A DNA stretch of 64,000 bases from Candidatus Omnitrophota bacterium (GTDB taxonomy: Bacteria; Omnitrophota; Gorgyraeia; Zapsychrales; Zapsychraceae). Below, piece by piece: positions 1-8,105 of the stretch (position 1 is the stretch's first letter; each line of letters begins with the position of its first letter). Both the position numbers and the translations under genes were made by a program. The notes under the pieces were generated by a model, which was given only the letters and a program-made list of their open reading frames with translations, was not told where the DNA came from and ran no database searches. Location: NCBI GenBank assembly GCA_035292445.1, contig DATDQB010000008.1, forward strand, positions 40,033-104,032. Reading direction: 5' to 3'.

Positions 1-231
1 GTTGGCGAAGAGAAGGAAAACGTCGGTGGTATTGATCTGGCGCCCGGATTTCTGGACCTTCAAATCAAGCGCGATGGAAACGGCGTGCCACTTCCGGTCA
101 ATATGCAGGATCTGCCCGCCATTCAGATCGACGGGCTTTATCCCGTCATCATCAACATCACCCCCGTGACCAACCTGCCGCTGTTATTGGGCGAGATCGA
201 GAATGAAGAATCGATCGCCTCATCTATTTAA
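1..231 (+). CDS. C-terminal fragment of an unidentified protein; the ORF runs off the 5' edge of the window
   Basis: Frame 1 is open from base 1 to TAA at 229-231 (…VGEEKENVGGIDLAPGFLDLQIKRDGNGVPLPVNMQDLPAIQIDGLYPVIINITPV…). No family recognised. Confidence 0.3.
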   Translation, partial: VGEEKENVGGIDLAPGFLDLQIKRDGNGVPLPVNMQDLPAIQIDGLYPVIINITPVTNLPLLLGEIENEESIASSI

Positions 232-292
232 ATATTGTTGTGATTTTCTTTTAATGAAAGATTGCCCTTTTTGTGTTTTCCCTTAAAAATGC

Positions 293-305
293 TCTGTGCT
301 ATACT
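293..305 (+). promoter_or_regulatory. extended -10 promoter element (TGcTATACT) upstream of the small ORF at 332
   Basis: The motif gtgctatact occurs at 296-305 and again, identical, at 11744-11753 upstream of another gene. It has the extended -10 form TGnTATACT. Confidence 0.3.
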
Positions 306-331
306 GTAAGCAATATAACTCAGGAGACCTT

Positions 332-574
332 ATGGATTTAAATGGCTCAACAGTTTCGCAAATTCAAAGAAGATGGAATAAATACCAGGCTTATGCGTTG
401 AGAGAGAAAAAAGCATATCTCAAAAAGTTATCTTTCAGCCAGGGCCTTCGCATCTTCAGCGACCTCCATTCTTTTACCCGCATTTCCTCGTGCGAACAAC
501 CCCCGATGTTTCATATCAATAAACGTAACACCCTAATCCGTATTCACCGGATGTTTTCAAGAATAAAATTGTGA
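332..574 (+). CDS. small basic hypothetical protein (80 aa); possible cognate partner of the downstream nucleotidyltransferase
   Basis: ATG at 332 is preceded by AGGAGA (322-327). Its stop overlaps the GTG start of the next gene (GTGA, 571-574). It is K/R-rich. A C-terminal RNTLIRIH fits Rx6H, but only weakly, so a HEPN-like assignment is unproven. Confidence 0.35.
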   Translation: MDLNGSTVSQIQRRWNKYQAYALREKKAYLKKLSFSQGLRIFSDLHSFTRISSCEQPPMFHINKRNTLIRIHRMFSRIKL

Positions 575-1143
575 ACAGCTTAAATCAACAATTACGGCAG
601 TTGGTTGAGTTCCTGTCTAATGAAAGAATTAAATATGTCGTTCTTGGCGGTGTGGCTGTTTCTGTGTATGGAGAGCCGCGGCTGACAGCGGATATCGATG
701 TTAACGTTCTTTTACCTAAAGACAAAATCTTTGATTTTATCAAGAAGGCAAAAAAATACGGGTTTTATTCTTTATTCCCGGGTATGCGAAAAATGGCCCA
801 AAGGGCGGGTGTTATTTCATTCGGCTTTAAAAAAGGAAAGATATCAGGTAAATTTGATATGATTATTGCGGAAAATATCCTTGAATATAATGCCATTGAG
901 CGGGGGAAAATAAAGAAAATCGAAGGGACCTCTTTAAGGTTAATCACGCCGGAAGATCTCATTATTCACAAGATAGCCAGTTCGCGCCCCCGGGATTTGG
1001 AGGATTTGAAAGGGGTCCTTTTACGCCAAAAAGGAAAATTAGACAATAAGTATATCCAGTTTTGGTTAAAAAAACTTGATCGGGCAAACCCTGGAGCCAG
1101 GCTCCACCCTCTTTTTAATCAAATACGGAAGGGATGTGCGTAG
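571..1143 (+). CDS. nucleotidyltransferase-fold protein, AbiEii/MNT-like; candidate toxin-antitoxin or abortive-infection component
   Basis: N-terminal YVVLGGVAVSVYGEPRLTADIDVNV is a GS…D.D polymerase-β-like NTase motif. C-terminal IIHKIASSRPRDLEDLKGVL carries the RxRDxxDL motif typical of AbiEii/DUF1814-type NTases. Confidence 0.55.
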   Translation: MNSLNQQLRQLVEFLSNERIKYVVLGGVAVSVYGEPRLTADIDVNVLLPKDKIFDFIKKAKKYGFYSLFPGMRKMAQRAGVISFGFKKGKISGKFDMIIAENILEYNAIERGKIKKIEGTSLRLITPEDLIIHKIASSRPRDLEDLKGVLLRQKGKLDNKYIQFWLKKLDRANPGARLHPLFNQIRKGCA

Positions 1144-1176
1144 ATTCAGCCGCCGTTTTGATCTTGAACGTCCTCC

Positions 1177-3054
1177 ATGAGCAAAAAGAAAAAAAGGTAC
1201 AAAGCCGCTGCGCCGCAAATGGACGTTACCCCGAAGCCTCCCGCCGTCAAAGGGCATTGGGTCGGCTTGGTAACGATTATCCTGCTGGGCTTTCTGATTT
1301 ATTCCAATTCACTGCGCGGTGAATTCCAATTCGACGACTGGCACTACATTGTCAATAACCCCACCATTAAAGATGTCGGGAACTTCCAGCTTTTCGACCG
1401 CCTGAGCACGAGCCTGCGGGTGCGTTACGTGGCGTTTCTGACGTTCGCGTTGAACCACCACTTTCACCAGCTAGACACCTTCGGGTATCATCTTGTTAAT
1501 TTGTTGATCCACCTCATCAACGGGATGCTGGTGTATTGGCTCGCGTTATTGGCGCTCAATACGCCAAAAATGAATGTACGGGGGCCTGTCCCCAGGCCCC
1601 CTTCGGAGGGCGGCTGGGGACAGCCGCCCCTACATGAGCATCATGGCTCGGCCGCCTTATTTGCGGCATTGATATTTCTGGCGCACCCTCTTCAAACAGA
1701 AGGGGTGACGTACGTGGCGCAACGCTTCACTTCGCTGGCCGCGTTATTTTACTTGCTGTCCGTTTGTTGTTACATGCAGGGGCGGTTATCGCAAATACGC
1801 AACAGCACGTTATTTTTTATCGCCTCCATCTGCGCCGGCGTTCTGGGCATGTTCACGAAACAAATAACCATCACCCTGCCCGTAACCATCCTTTTGTGTG
1901 AATTCACTTTTTTCGAGCGCCATAACAAAAGGGGTAGCGTTTTCTGGGTTGTGTCGATCATTTTTCTTTTGGCGGCCCTTTTTATTCCTTCAATCTATTC
2001 CTTTAAGTTTTCAAATATTTTCTTCACCGAGAGCGCTTCCCATTCCCATTTCGGGGACATATTAACCGGTAAGACGTATTTTTTAACGCAGGGAAGGGTC
2101 GTGGCCACATATATCCGATTGCTCTTTTTTCCGTTGAACCTGAACTTGGATTATGATTTCCCGATGTCCCAAAGCTTGTTGGAACCTAAAACATTGGCGT
2201 GTTTTGTTCTTCTTTTTAGTATCGTGGCGGCGGCCGTGTTTCTTTTTCCGAAACGCCGGCTTATGGCATTCGGAATTTTGTGGTTCTTTATTTGTTTATC
2301 CGTTGAATCAAGCTTCATCACCATCGCCCATGTCATCTTTGAACACCGCGTGTATTTGCCGATGGCCGGGTTCGCTTTGTTTTTATCGGCCGCAATCTTT
2401 GAATTGATCCCTGTAGGGAACGGTTTGCCCGCCAGAGGCGGGTCCGCCTTTGGTGGAAAACCGTTCCCTACAAGGATTTTCGTCATATTCATTATTATCA
2501 CCATTTACGCGACCTTGACTTATCAGCGCAACAAGGTTTGGCAGACGGAAATTGCGCTTTGGAGCGACGTGGTCAAAAAATCGCCCCGCAAATACAGAGG
2601 ATACTACACCCTTGGCATGGCGTACGGGAAAACGGGGGACAGGGAGAAAATGGTGGACCTTTTTAAGAAGGGCCTTGAGCTTGAGCCGGTAAACCCAAAG
2701 GTTTATAACAATTTGGGGATCGCTTATAGCAAGATCAACGTCACTGAGGCTATTGGATATTTTGAAAAGGCCGTTGAGCTCGACCCGCAGTTCACGGAAG
2801 GCTACACGAATTTAGGAGCCATGTATGTCCAGTATAATGATATGGAAGGGGCGATACGCGCGTTCAGGAAAGCGGCGCAGCTGAACCCCAATTACGCGCC
2901 GGCTTACAATAATCTCGGCGTCCTTTTGATGCGCCAGGGGGATCTCAAAGAAGCGAAAAGCCATTTCGAGAAGGCCGTCACCCTCGATAAAACGTACAAA
3001 GACGCCCACATCAACTTGAGCCAAGTCAATAAATTCCTGGCCGGCAAGAAATAA
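1177..3054 (+). CDS. polytopic membrane protein with C-terminal TPR repeats (GT39/PMT-like glycosyltransferase-family architecture)
   Basis: There are about 10 hydrophobic helices in the first ~450 aa. The C-terminus has repeated TPR signatures (YYTLGMAYGKTGD, YNNLGIAYSK, YTNLGAMYVQ, YNNLGVLLMRQGD). Confidence 0.6.
   Translation: MSKKKKRYKAAAPQMDVTPKPPAVKGHWVGLVTIILLGFLIYSNSLRGEFQFDDWHYIVNNPTIKDVGNFQLFDRLSTSLRVRYVAFLTFALNHHFHQLDTFGYHLVNLLIHLINGMLVYWLALLALNTPKMNVRGPVPRPPSEGGWGQPPLHEHHGSAALFAALIFLAHPLQTEGVTYVAQRFTSLAALFYLLSVCCYMQGRLSQIRNSTLFFIASICAGVLGMFTKQITITLPVTILLCEFTFFERHNKRGSVFWVVSIIFLLAALFIPSIYSFKFSNIFFTESASHSHFGDILTGKTYFLTQGRVVATYIRLLFFPLNLNLDYDFPMSQSLLEPKTLACFVLLFSIVAAAVFLFPKRRLMAFGILWFFICLSVESSFITIAHVIFEHRVYLPMAGFALFLSAAIFELIPVGNGLPARGGSAFGGKPFPTRIFVIFIIITIYATLTYQRNKVWQTEIALWSDVVKKSPRKYRGYYTLGMAYGKTGDREKMVDLFKKGLELEPVNPKVYNNLGIAYSKINVTEAIGYFEKAVELDPQFTEGYTNLGAMYVQYNDMEGAIRAFRKAAQLNPNYAPAYNNLGVLLMRQGDLKEAKSHFEKAVTLDKTYKDAHINLSQVNKFLAGKK
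1578..1648 (+). repeat. GC-rich palindromic unit inserted in frame inside the 1177-3054 CDS
   Basis: cgggggcctgtccccaggccccc is a 7-bp inverted repeat. gggcggctg-ggga-cagccgccc is a 9-bp perfect stem. The unit is followed by cgcccctacat, an 11-mer also present at 23178-23188. It encodes the P/G-rich peptide RGPVPRPPSEGGWGQPPL. Confidence 0.45.
2418..2482 (+). repeat. GC-rich palindromic unit inserted in frame inside the 1177-3054 CDS
   Basis: tgtagggaacggttt pairs with aaaccgttccctaca, a 15-bp perfect inverted repeat. It flanks cccgcc-agag-ggcggg. The same CCCGCC/GGCGGG stem recurs at 37181-37195. The unit encodes PVGNGLPARGGSAFGGKPFPT. Confidence 0.45.
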
Positions 3055-3063
3055 GGAAGTTCC

Positions 3064-3435
3064 ATGGAACGAAAATATAAAATGATGCTCAAAGGGATGT
3101 TGCGCAAGGAAAGGCGGGGAAGAAAAGAAACGTGGTTCATCTATGTCCTTAGGTGCAAGGACGATACTTTCTACACGGGCGTGACAAAAGATATTGACCG
3201 GCGCCTGAAAATGCATAATAATGGCAAGGCATCACGCTACACCCGTACCCGACGGCCGGTCGCCTTGATATATCAGGAGAAGGCCAGGGGGAGGGCCAAG
3301 GCGCTGGTGCGCGAATGCGCGATCAAAGCGATGTCGCGTAAAATAAAAGAAAAATTAATTAAAGGCAAGAAACAGTTAGCAGTCGTCAGACGTAAGTCAT
3401 CAGAAGTCGTCAGGCTGATAGCTTCTGAAGACTGA
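3064..3435 (+). CDS. GIY-YIG nuclease family protein (UPF0213-like)
   Basis: WFIYVLRCKDDTFYTGVTKDIDRRLKMHNNGK matches the GIY-YIG core. Confidence 0.75.
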   Translation: MERKYKMMLKGMLRKERRGRKETWFIYVLRCKDDTFYTGVTKDIDRRLKMHNNGKASRYTRTRRPVALIYQEKARGRAKALVRECAIKAMSRKIKEKLIKGKKQLAVVRRKSSEVVRLIASED

Positions 3436-3453
3436 TGACTGATAGCTGACGAC
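3380..3453 (+). repeat. nested inverted/direct repeat structure overlapping the 3' end of the GIY-YIG gene
   Basis: agtcgtcag (3380-3388) pairs with ctgacgact (3445-3453). agtcatcag (3394-3402) pairs with ctgatgact (3431-3439). The two stems are separated by a symmetric 5x5 internal loop. There is a second direct copy of agtcgtcag at 3404-3412, and ctgatag is repeated. Confidence 0.4.
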
Positions 3454-3475
3454 TAAAAACAGAAAGGAGTTTATA

Positions 3476-3862
3476 ATGCCCACGATTTTTACTAGGATCA
3501 TCAACGGTGAAATACCTTGTCATAAGATCATGGAAGACGATAATTATTTCGCTTTTTTGGATATCAAACCGATCAACCCCGGGCATTGTTTGTGCATCCC
3601 CAAAAAAGAGGTCGACTATATTTTTGACGTGGACGATGAAACGCTCAAGGGCCTGATCGTTTTTTCGAAGGCCGTGGCCAAGAAGATCAAAAAAGTGGTT
3701 GAATGTAAAAAGATCGGCGTCATGGTGGCCGGCCTTGAGGTCGCTCATTGCCATATCCATTTGGTGCCGATTCAGAGCTTGGGAGACCTGAACTTCGCCA
3801 AGTCAAAAGCGGCTGACCAGGCTGAGCTCGCGAAAATAGCCGAGAAGATCCGCAGCGCTTAA
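3476..3862 (+). CDS. HIT-family (histidine triad) hydrolase
   Basis: It has the HxHxHxx motif HCHIHLVP. The RBS AAAGGAG precedes the ATG. Confidence 0.8.
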   Translation: MPTIFTRIINGEIPCHKIMEDDNYFAFLDIKPINPGHCLCIPKKEVDYIFDVDDETLKGLIVFSKAVAKKIKKVVECKKIGVMVAGLEVAHCHIHLVPIQSLGDLNFAKSKAADQAELAKIAEKIRSA

Positions 3863-3872
3863 GAATTCACGT

Positions 3873-3901
3873 TTGACAAAAGAATAAGAATCCTGTAAGA
3901 T
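3873..3901 (+). promoter_or_regulatory. sigma70-like promoter TTGACA-N17-TAAGAT
   Basis: ttgaca lies at 3873-3878 and taagat at 3896-3901, with a 17-nt spacer. This places the real start of the downstream gene at ATG 3939, which has a GGAGG RBS. Confidence 0.4.
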
Positions 3902-3938
3902 GGCTGCATTAACTTTTAATATTTTCCAGGAGGAAGAA

Positions 3939-4367
3939 ATGGGAAGTTTGACTTCGAACAAGCCTAAAAATTGGAACGCTGACCAGAATGCTGTTTGGCA
4001 ATCCTTAGAAGATCACTGGGACCATTTGATCAATAAACGCGTTGATAAGTTCATCCAATATATCCATCCCGAAATGATCGGCTACGGCCACGAAAGCCCT
4101 GTTCCGGTGGACCGCCCATGGCTTGAGAAATGGGTAGGCTTCTGGACCAAAACAACTGACATCGCCATTTGCGAACTGCGCCCCATTGACATCCGTATCC
4201 ACGGGGACATCGCCATCCTCCAATACCTGATCTTCACGGTTGAGAAAAATGCCGAAGGCGGTAAACGCGTCATCCGCCGCTACACCATGACCTGGCAGCG
4301 CGGGCGCGACCACTGGGTCGTCATCGGCAGCCACAACAACCTCATGAACGAGACCCTGAGGGACTAA
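3939..4367 (+). CDS. NTF2-like (SnoaL/DUF4440-type) small protein
   Basis: It is ~140 aa with the WQRGRDHWVVIGSHNN-type C-terminus common in NTF2-fold proteins. The start was moved to the ATG at 3939 because of the GGAGG RBS and the promoter at 3873. Confidence 0.4.
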   Translation: MGSLTSNKPKNWNADQNAVWQSLEDHWDHLINKRVDKFIQYIHPEMIGYGHESPVPVDRPWLEKWVGFWTKTTDIAICELRPIDIRIHGDIAILQYLIFTVEKNAEGGKRVIRRYTMTWQRGRDHWVVIGSHNNLMNETLRD

Positions 4368-4572
4368 ACTCCCGTCGGGCGGCTTTTCAGCCAAAAATCT
4401 TCTCAAAAAATCCCAAATTCCCGTTGCGCCTGCCGTTTTCCCTTCCTATAATTTAATTACATTAATATAAATATTCTTACTGCTACTAACTCTGAGAATA
4501 CTTAAAAGACAAATTCTTCTTACTTGTATTCTTGGCGCGCTTAGCCTAACCTGGGCGCACGCCGAAGGGGAG

Positions 4573-7500
4573 TTGTCGCCCCCGCAGCCGCCACCTACCG
4601 AATCCCTTCTGATCGTTCAGGATGACAAGCCCATTTTAAGTCCTCCCGTTTACCCGTCCATTCTTGTATTTCAGGTGCCCTCAACAAAAAAAATCAGCGT
4701 TCTTCAACCCATTGGAACAGTGCCGCTAATGAGCGGACAAAATTTCATGAAGCACTATTCAGGGGCTATTTTTTTAAACACAGCCGATACTATTCAAGCG
4801 CAGGAAATGCTTGAGAATCTACCGGATGTCCAGGTGCCCCAGGAATCTCAGAAACCTACTAGCGTGCTTGTGCGGCGTTCTTCCGGACAGAGTTCTTCAG
4901 CACCGGAAGGGGAAAGCGAGGAGTCCCAGCTTGTTGTTTTATCCGATAAAGCTATTCTTGTTTCCAATGAGCCTTCCGCAGAAGATCAGTTGGCGTTGGC
5001 CAGCGAAGATTTAGACGGCAGCGTTCTTGTTCATGCCTTTGAAAAAGACAATTACTCATTAGAAAAAGATGTCCTGAATTTATCCAAAGTAAAGGCTGTT
5101 TTGGTTACCGATAGTTTGATGATCGATGAAAAAGAGATCGTTCCTGAAGTTTCTTTGACCGATGCCCAGGATGACGCCAAGGATAAGCCAGCGGGATCAG
5201 CGCCAACGGAGGTGACAACGGAAGGGACCGTCTCCATAGAATCTGAAGAAATCGTTTACAAAGCCCCGGAATCAGTTTCCTTGATCCGTAATTTGCGCAT
5301 TATCGATCCGGATGATTATGCCAGTGATCCGCTGACGATGGCCAATATCGATGAGCACATCAGCCTGGTCAGTCAAAATGTCCAGTTGGTTCCAAGTACC
5401 GTGGTAACAGCGGAAGGAACACAACAGGCCGAGGCGCCCGTTGAGGAAAAATACTACAGCTATGTCCCGGGACGGTTTATCGTCCAATTCAAAAGCGACT
5501 GGCCGCACGCACTGGAAAGATGTGCCCAGAAGATATTCACCACCGGAGAGTCTTTCCAGGATTATCTTTCTGACGGCTCTTCTTCCATCGACCAATTAAA
5601 CAAGATTTGCCAGGTAAGAAAAGTCAAAGGGTTGTTCGTCAGGCGGGGGAAGTTGTCCACGCAGGAAGCGCAGACGATGCAGGATGAGAAGGTCAGGGTC
5701 ATCAAGAAGAGATTCGCCAAACGTGCGTTAAGGGCCAAGAGGGATGGACAGAAGGCTCCCGAGCTTTTTAACACGTATATTTTTGAGGTGCCGCCGGGCA
5801 GTGACATTAAGAAGATGTGCCAGTTGTATGAGGCTGACCCGCACGTGGCCTTTGCCCAGCCAGATTATCTGGTGTTCTCAACCGTGTTCCCGGCCACGGC
5901 GCCGGATGACCCTTTGTATGAACCTTTGATGTGGGCGCTGAACAATACGGGCCAGACAGGAGGGGCAACCGATGCCGATATCGACGCCCCGCAGGCCTGG
6001 CTTTTGAATTTGGGAGACAACATCATTGTGGCGGTCAATGATACGGGTGTTGATTATGAACATGCGGACTTGGCAGATAACATCTGGATAAATCCAATAG
6101 AAGACATAAATAGTAATGGGGTGGTGGATGGGACAGATACCTGCCCGACAATTAACGGCGACTTTAATTGCCTCGATGATGACGGCAACGGTTATGTTGA
6201 CGATATTCGAGGCTATGATTTCGCCAATCTGGATACGGATCCTATGGATACGTATGGCCACGGAACAATGGTGGCCGGGATTATCGGGGCTGTTACGGAT
6301 AATGATGAAGGTATTGCGGGTGTTGCACCGAATGTGAAGATCATGGCCCTGAAGGGTTTTCCCGATGGAGAGAATGTATTAGGCTCTACGTCAGACTTGG
6401 CGGAAGCTATTGTTTACGCAGCCATGAACGGTGCTGATGTCATTAATAACAGTTGGGGATGTTTTCCGCCGAGCTGCCCTTCAAATCCGGTTGCTGAGGC
6501 AGCGGTCAACACAGCCTATGGTTTAGGTGCTGTTGTGGTGTTTGGCGCTGGCAACGACGATTTGGATATCAACGATATAAGCCCGCAGAATATGCAGCCT
6601 GAAACGATTGCCGTGGCAGCGACCGACCACGATGATGTAAGGGCCATTTTTTCCAACACGGGGACACTGATCGATCTGGCAGCTCCCGGCGTGGATGTCG
6701 TCTCAACGTGGCCGCTGAACAATTATGCGTTAGCTGACGGGACATCGTTTGCCGCGCCTCATGTGGCGGGTGTGGCAGCATTGATCATCTCCGAGTACCC
6801 GAGCTATACCAATGACCAGGTCCGGATTATCCTGCGCGATTCAACCGATGATATCGATGCCGCAGGGTTCGACAGCAATACGGGGATGGGGCGGTTAAAT
6901 GCGCAGAAAGCGCTGGCGCTGACAAACGTTTCGCCGTTTTTGAACCCTGTTGGGAACAAGACGGCCAATACAGGCATTCTTTTGCAATTTGACGTGACGG
7001 CTTTTGATCCCAGAAGTGACCCCGTGACGCTTTCGGCGCAACTTTCCGGAGGCGCTGCTTTGGGCACCATCGGCGCGACTTTTGTCGATAATGGAAACGG
7101 GTCGGGGACCTTTTCCTGGACGGCGAATGTCGGCCAGGGTGGATTGGACCCGTCGGTTGAATTCACTGTCACGGACTCTCCGGGAGGTTTTACGGATTCA
7201 GAAACCATTACGATTACGGTCAATCTCACCGGGGCTACTTGCGGCAATAACATCCTTGAGCCGCCCGAGGAATGTGATGACAACAATCTGGTCAACGGTG
7301 ACGGATGCTCGGCCTCCTGCACGATCGAATTGTGCGGTGACGGTGATGTTGATTTCGGTGAAGAATGCGATGACGGCAATCTCATTGACGGCGACGGTTG
7401 CGACGGCATTTGTGACATTGAATTCTGCGGGGACGGAGCGATCAATAACGGCGGCGGTGAAGAATGTGACGATGGGAATTTTAACAGCGGAGATGGTTGT

Positions 7501-8103
7501 TCCAGTACTTGTTTGGATGAAATTTGCGGCAATAGTCGCGTCGATTTCGGCGAAGGATGTGATGATGGCAATTTAGTTGCCGGGGATGGCTGCGATGGCA
7601 GTTGCCAGATCGAGCCGGATTGCGGCAACGGGGCCGTTGAAGCGGGCGAGGAATGCGATGACGGCAATCTGGTTGACGGGGACGGCTGTGACGAGCAATG
7701 TGTCGATGAGCTTTGCAGCGATGGGATCGTCAATGACGGCGGTATCGAAGAATGCGATGACGGCGATCTGGATGACGGGGACGGCTGCTCTTCCGTTTGT
7801 TTGTTGGAAGTCTGCGGGAACGGGATTACGGATCTCGCTGTCGGCGAAGAGTGTGACGATGGCAACGTGAGCGATGGGGACGGGTGCTCATCGGATTGTT
7901 TCTTAGAAACTTGCGGGAACAGCCGTACGGATTTCAGCGAAGAATGCGATGACGGCAATGCCGTTGAGTTGGACGGATGCTCTTCAACATGCCAGATCGT
8001 CGGCGTTTGCGGTAACGGAGTCTGCGAAGTGGACGGCGAGGAAACGTGCGTCAACTGCCAAGCCGATTGCGGTTATTGCCGGGGGCTGCGCCCCAGGGAT
8101 TAA
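4573..8103 (+). CDS. secreted subtilisin-like serine protease (peptidase S8) with an I9 propeptide and a C-terminal array of Myxococcus-type cysteine-rich repeats
   Basis: The catalytic triad is present in context: Asp in NDTGVDYEHADL, His in DTYGHGTMVAG, Ser in DGTSFAAPHVAG. The propeptide covers ~res 295-440 (FIVQFKSD…HVAFAQPDYL). After res ~890 there are about 10 repeats of the form CGNGxxExGEECDDGNxxxGDGCSxxC (TIGR02232-like). The true start is uncertain. Confidence 0.85.
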   Translation: MSPPQPPPTESLLIVQDDKPILSPPVYPSILVFQVPSTKKISVLQPIGTVPLMSGQNFMKHYSGAIFLNTADTIQAQEMLENLPDVQVPQESQKPTSVLVRRSSGQSSSAPEGESEESQLVVLSDKAILVSNEPSAEDQLALASEDLDGSVLVHAFEKDNYSLEKDVLNLSKVKAVLVTDSLMIDEKEIVPEVSLTDAQDDAKDKPAGSAPTEVTTEGTVSIESEEIVYKAPESVSLIRNLRIIDPDDYASDPLTMANIDEHISLVSQNVQLVPSTVVTAEGTQQAEAPVEEKYYSYVPGRFIVQFKSDWPHALERCAQKIFTTGESFQDYLSDGSSSIDQLNKICQVRKVKGLFVRRGKLSTQEAQTMQDEKVRVIKKRFAKRALRAKRDGQKAPELFNTYIFEVPPGSDIKKMCQLYEADPHVAFAQPDYLVFSTVFPATAPDDPLYEPLMWALNNTGQTGGATDADIDAPQAWLLNLGDNIIVAVNDTGVDYEHADLADNIWINPIEDINSNGVVDGTDTCPTINGDFNCLDDDGNGYVDDIRGYDFANLDTDPMDTYGHGTMVAGIIGAVTDNDEGIAGVAPNVKIMALKGFPDGENVLGSTSDLAEAIVYAAMNGADVINNSWGCFPPSCPSNPVAEAAVNTAYGLGAVVVFGAGNDDLDINDISPQNMQPETIAVAATDHDDVRAIFSNTGTLIDLAAPGVDVVSTWPLNNYALADGTSFAAPHVAGVAALIISEYPSYTNDQVRIILRDSTDDIDAAGFDSNTGMGRLNAQKALALTNVSPFLNPVGNKTANTGILLQFDVTAFDPRSDPVTLSAQLSGGAALGTIGATFVDNGNGSGTFSWTANVGQGGLDPSVEFTVTDSPGGFTDSETITITVNLTGATCGNNILEPPEECDDNNLVNGDGCSASCTIELCGDGDVDFGEECDDGNLIDGDGCDGICDIEFCGDGAINNGGGEECDDGNFNSGDGCSSTCLDEICGNSRVDFGEGCDDGNLVAGDGCDGSCQIEPDCGNGAVEAGEECDDGNLVDGDGCDEQCVDELCSDGIVNDGGIEECDDGDLDDGDGCSSVCLLEVCGNGITDLAVGEECDDGNVSDGDGCSSDCFLETCGNSRTDFSEECDDGNAVELDGCSSTCQIVGVCGNGVCEVDGEETCVNCQADCGYCRGLRPRD
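7237..8040 (+). repeat. about 10 tandem ~111-bp coding repeats, one per cysteine-rich module
   Basis: gaatgcgatgacggcaat…gacggctgctc recurs with high nucleotide identity. The repeats also generate a spurious 416-aa P/S-rich antisense ORF at 6804-8054. Confidence 0.7.
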
Positions 8104-8105
8104 AA

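Noticed and set aside
6804-8054. 416-aa minus-strand ORF rich in P/S repeats (…LPSSHSSP…)
   Set aside because: It is exactly antisense to the tandem Cys-rich repeats of the protease. Its repeat-driven open frame has no start context, so it is a translation artefact.
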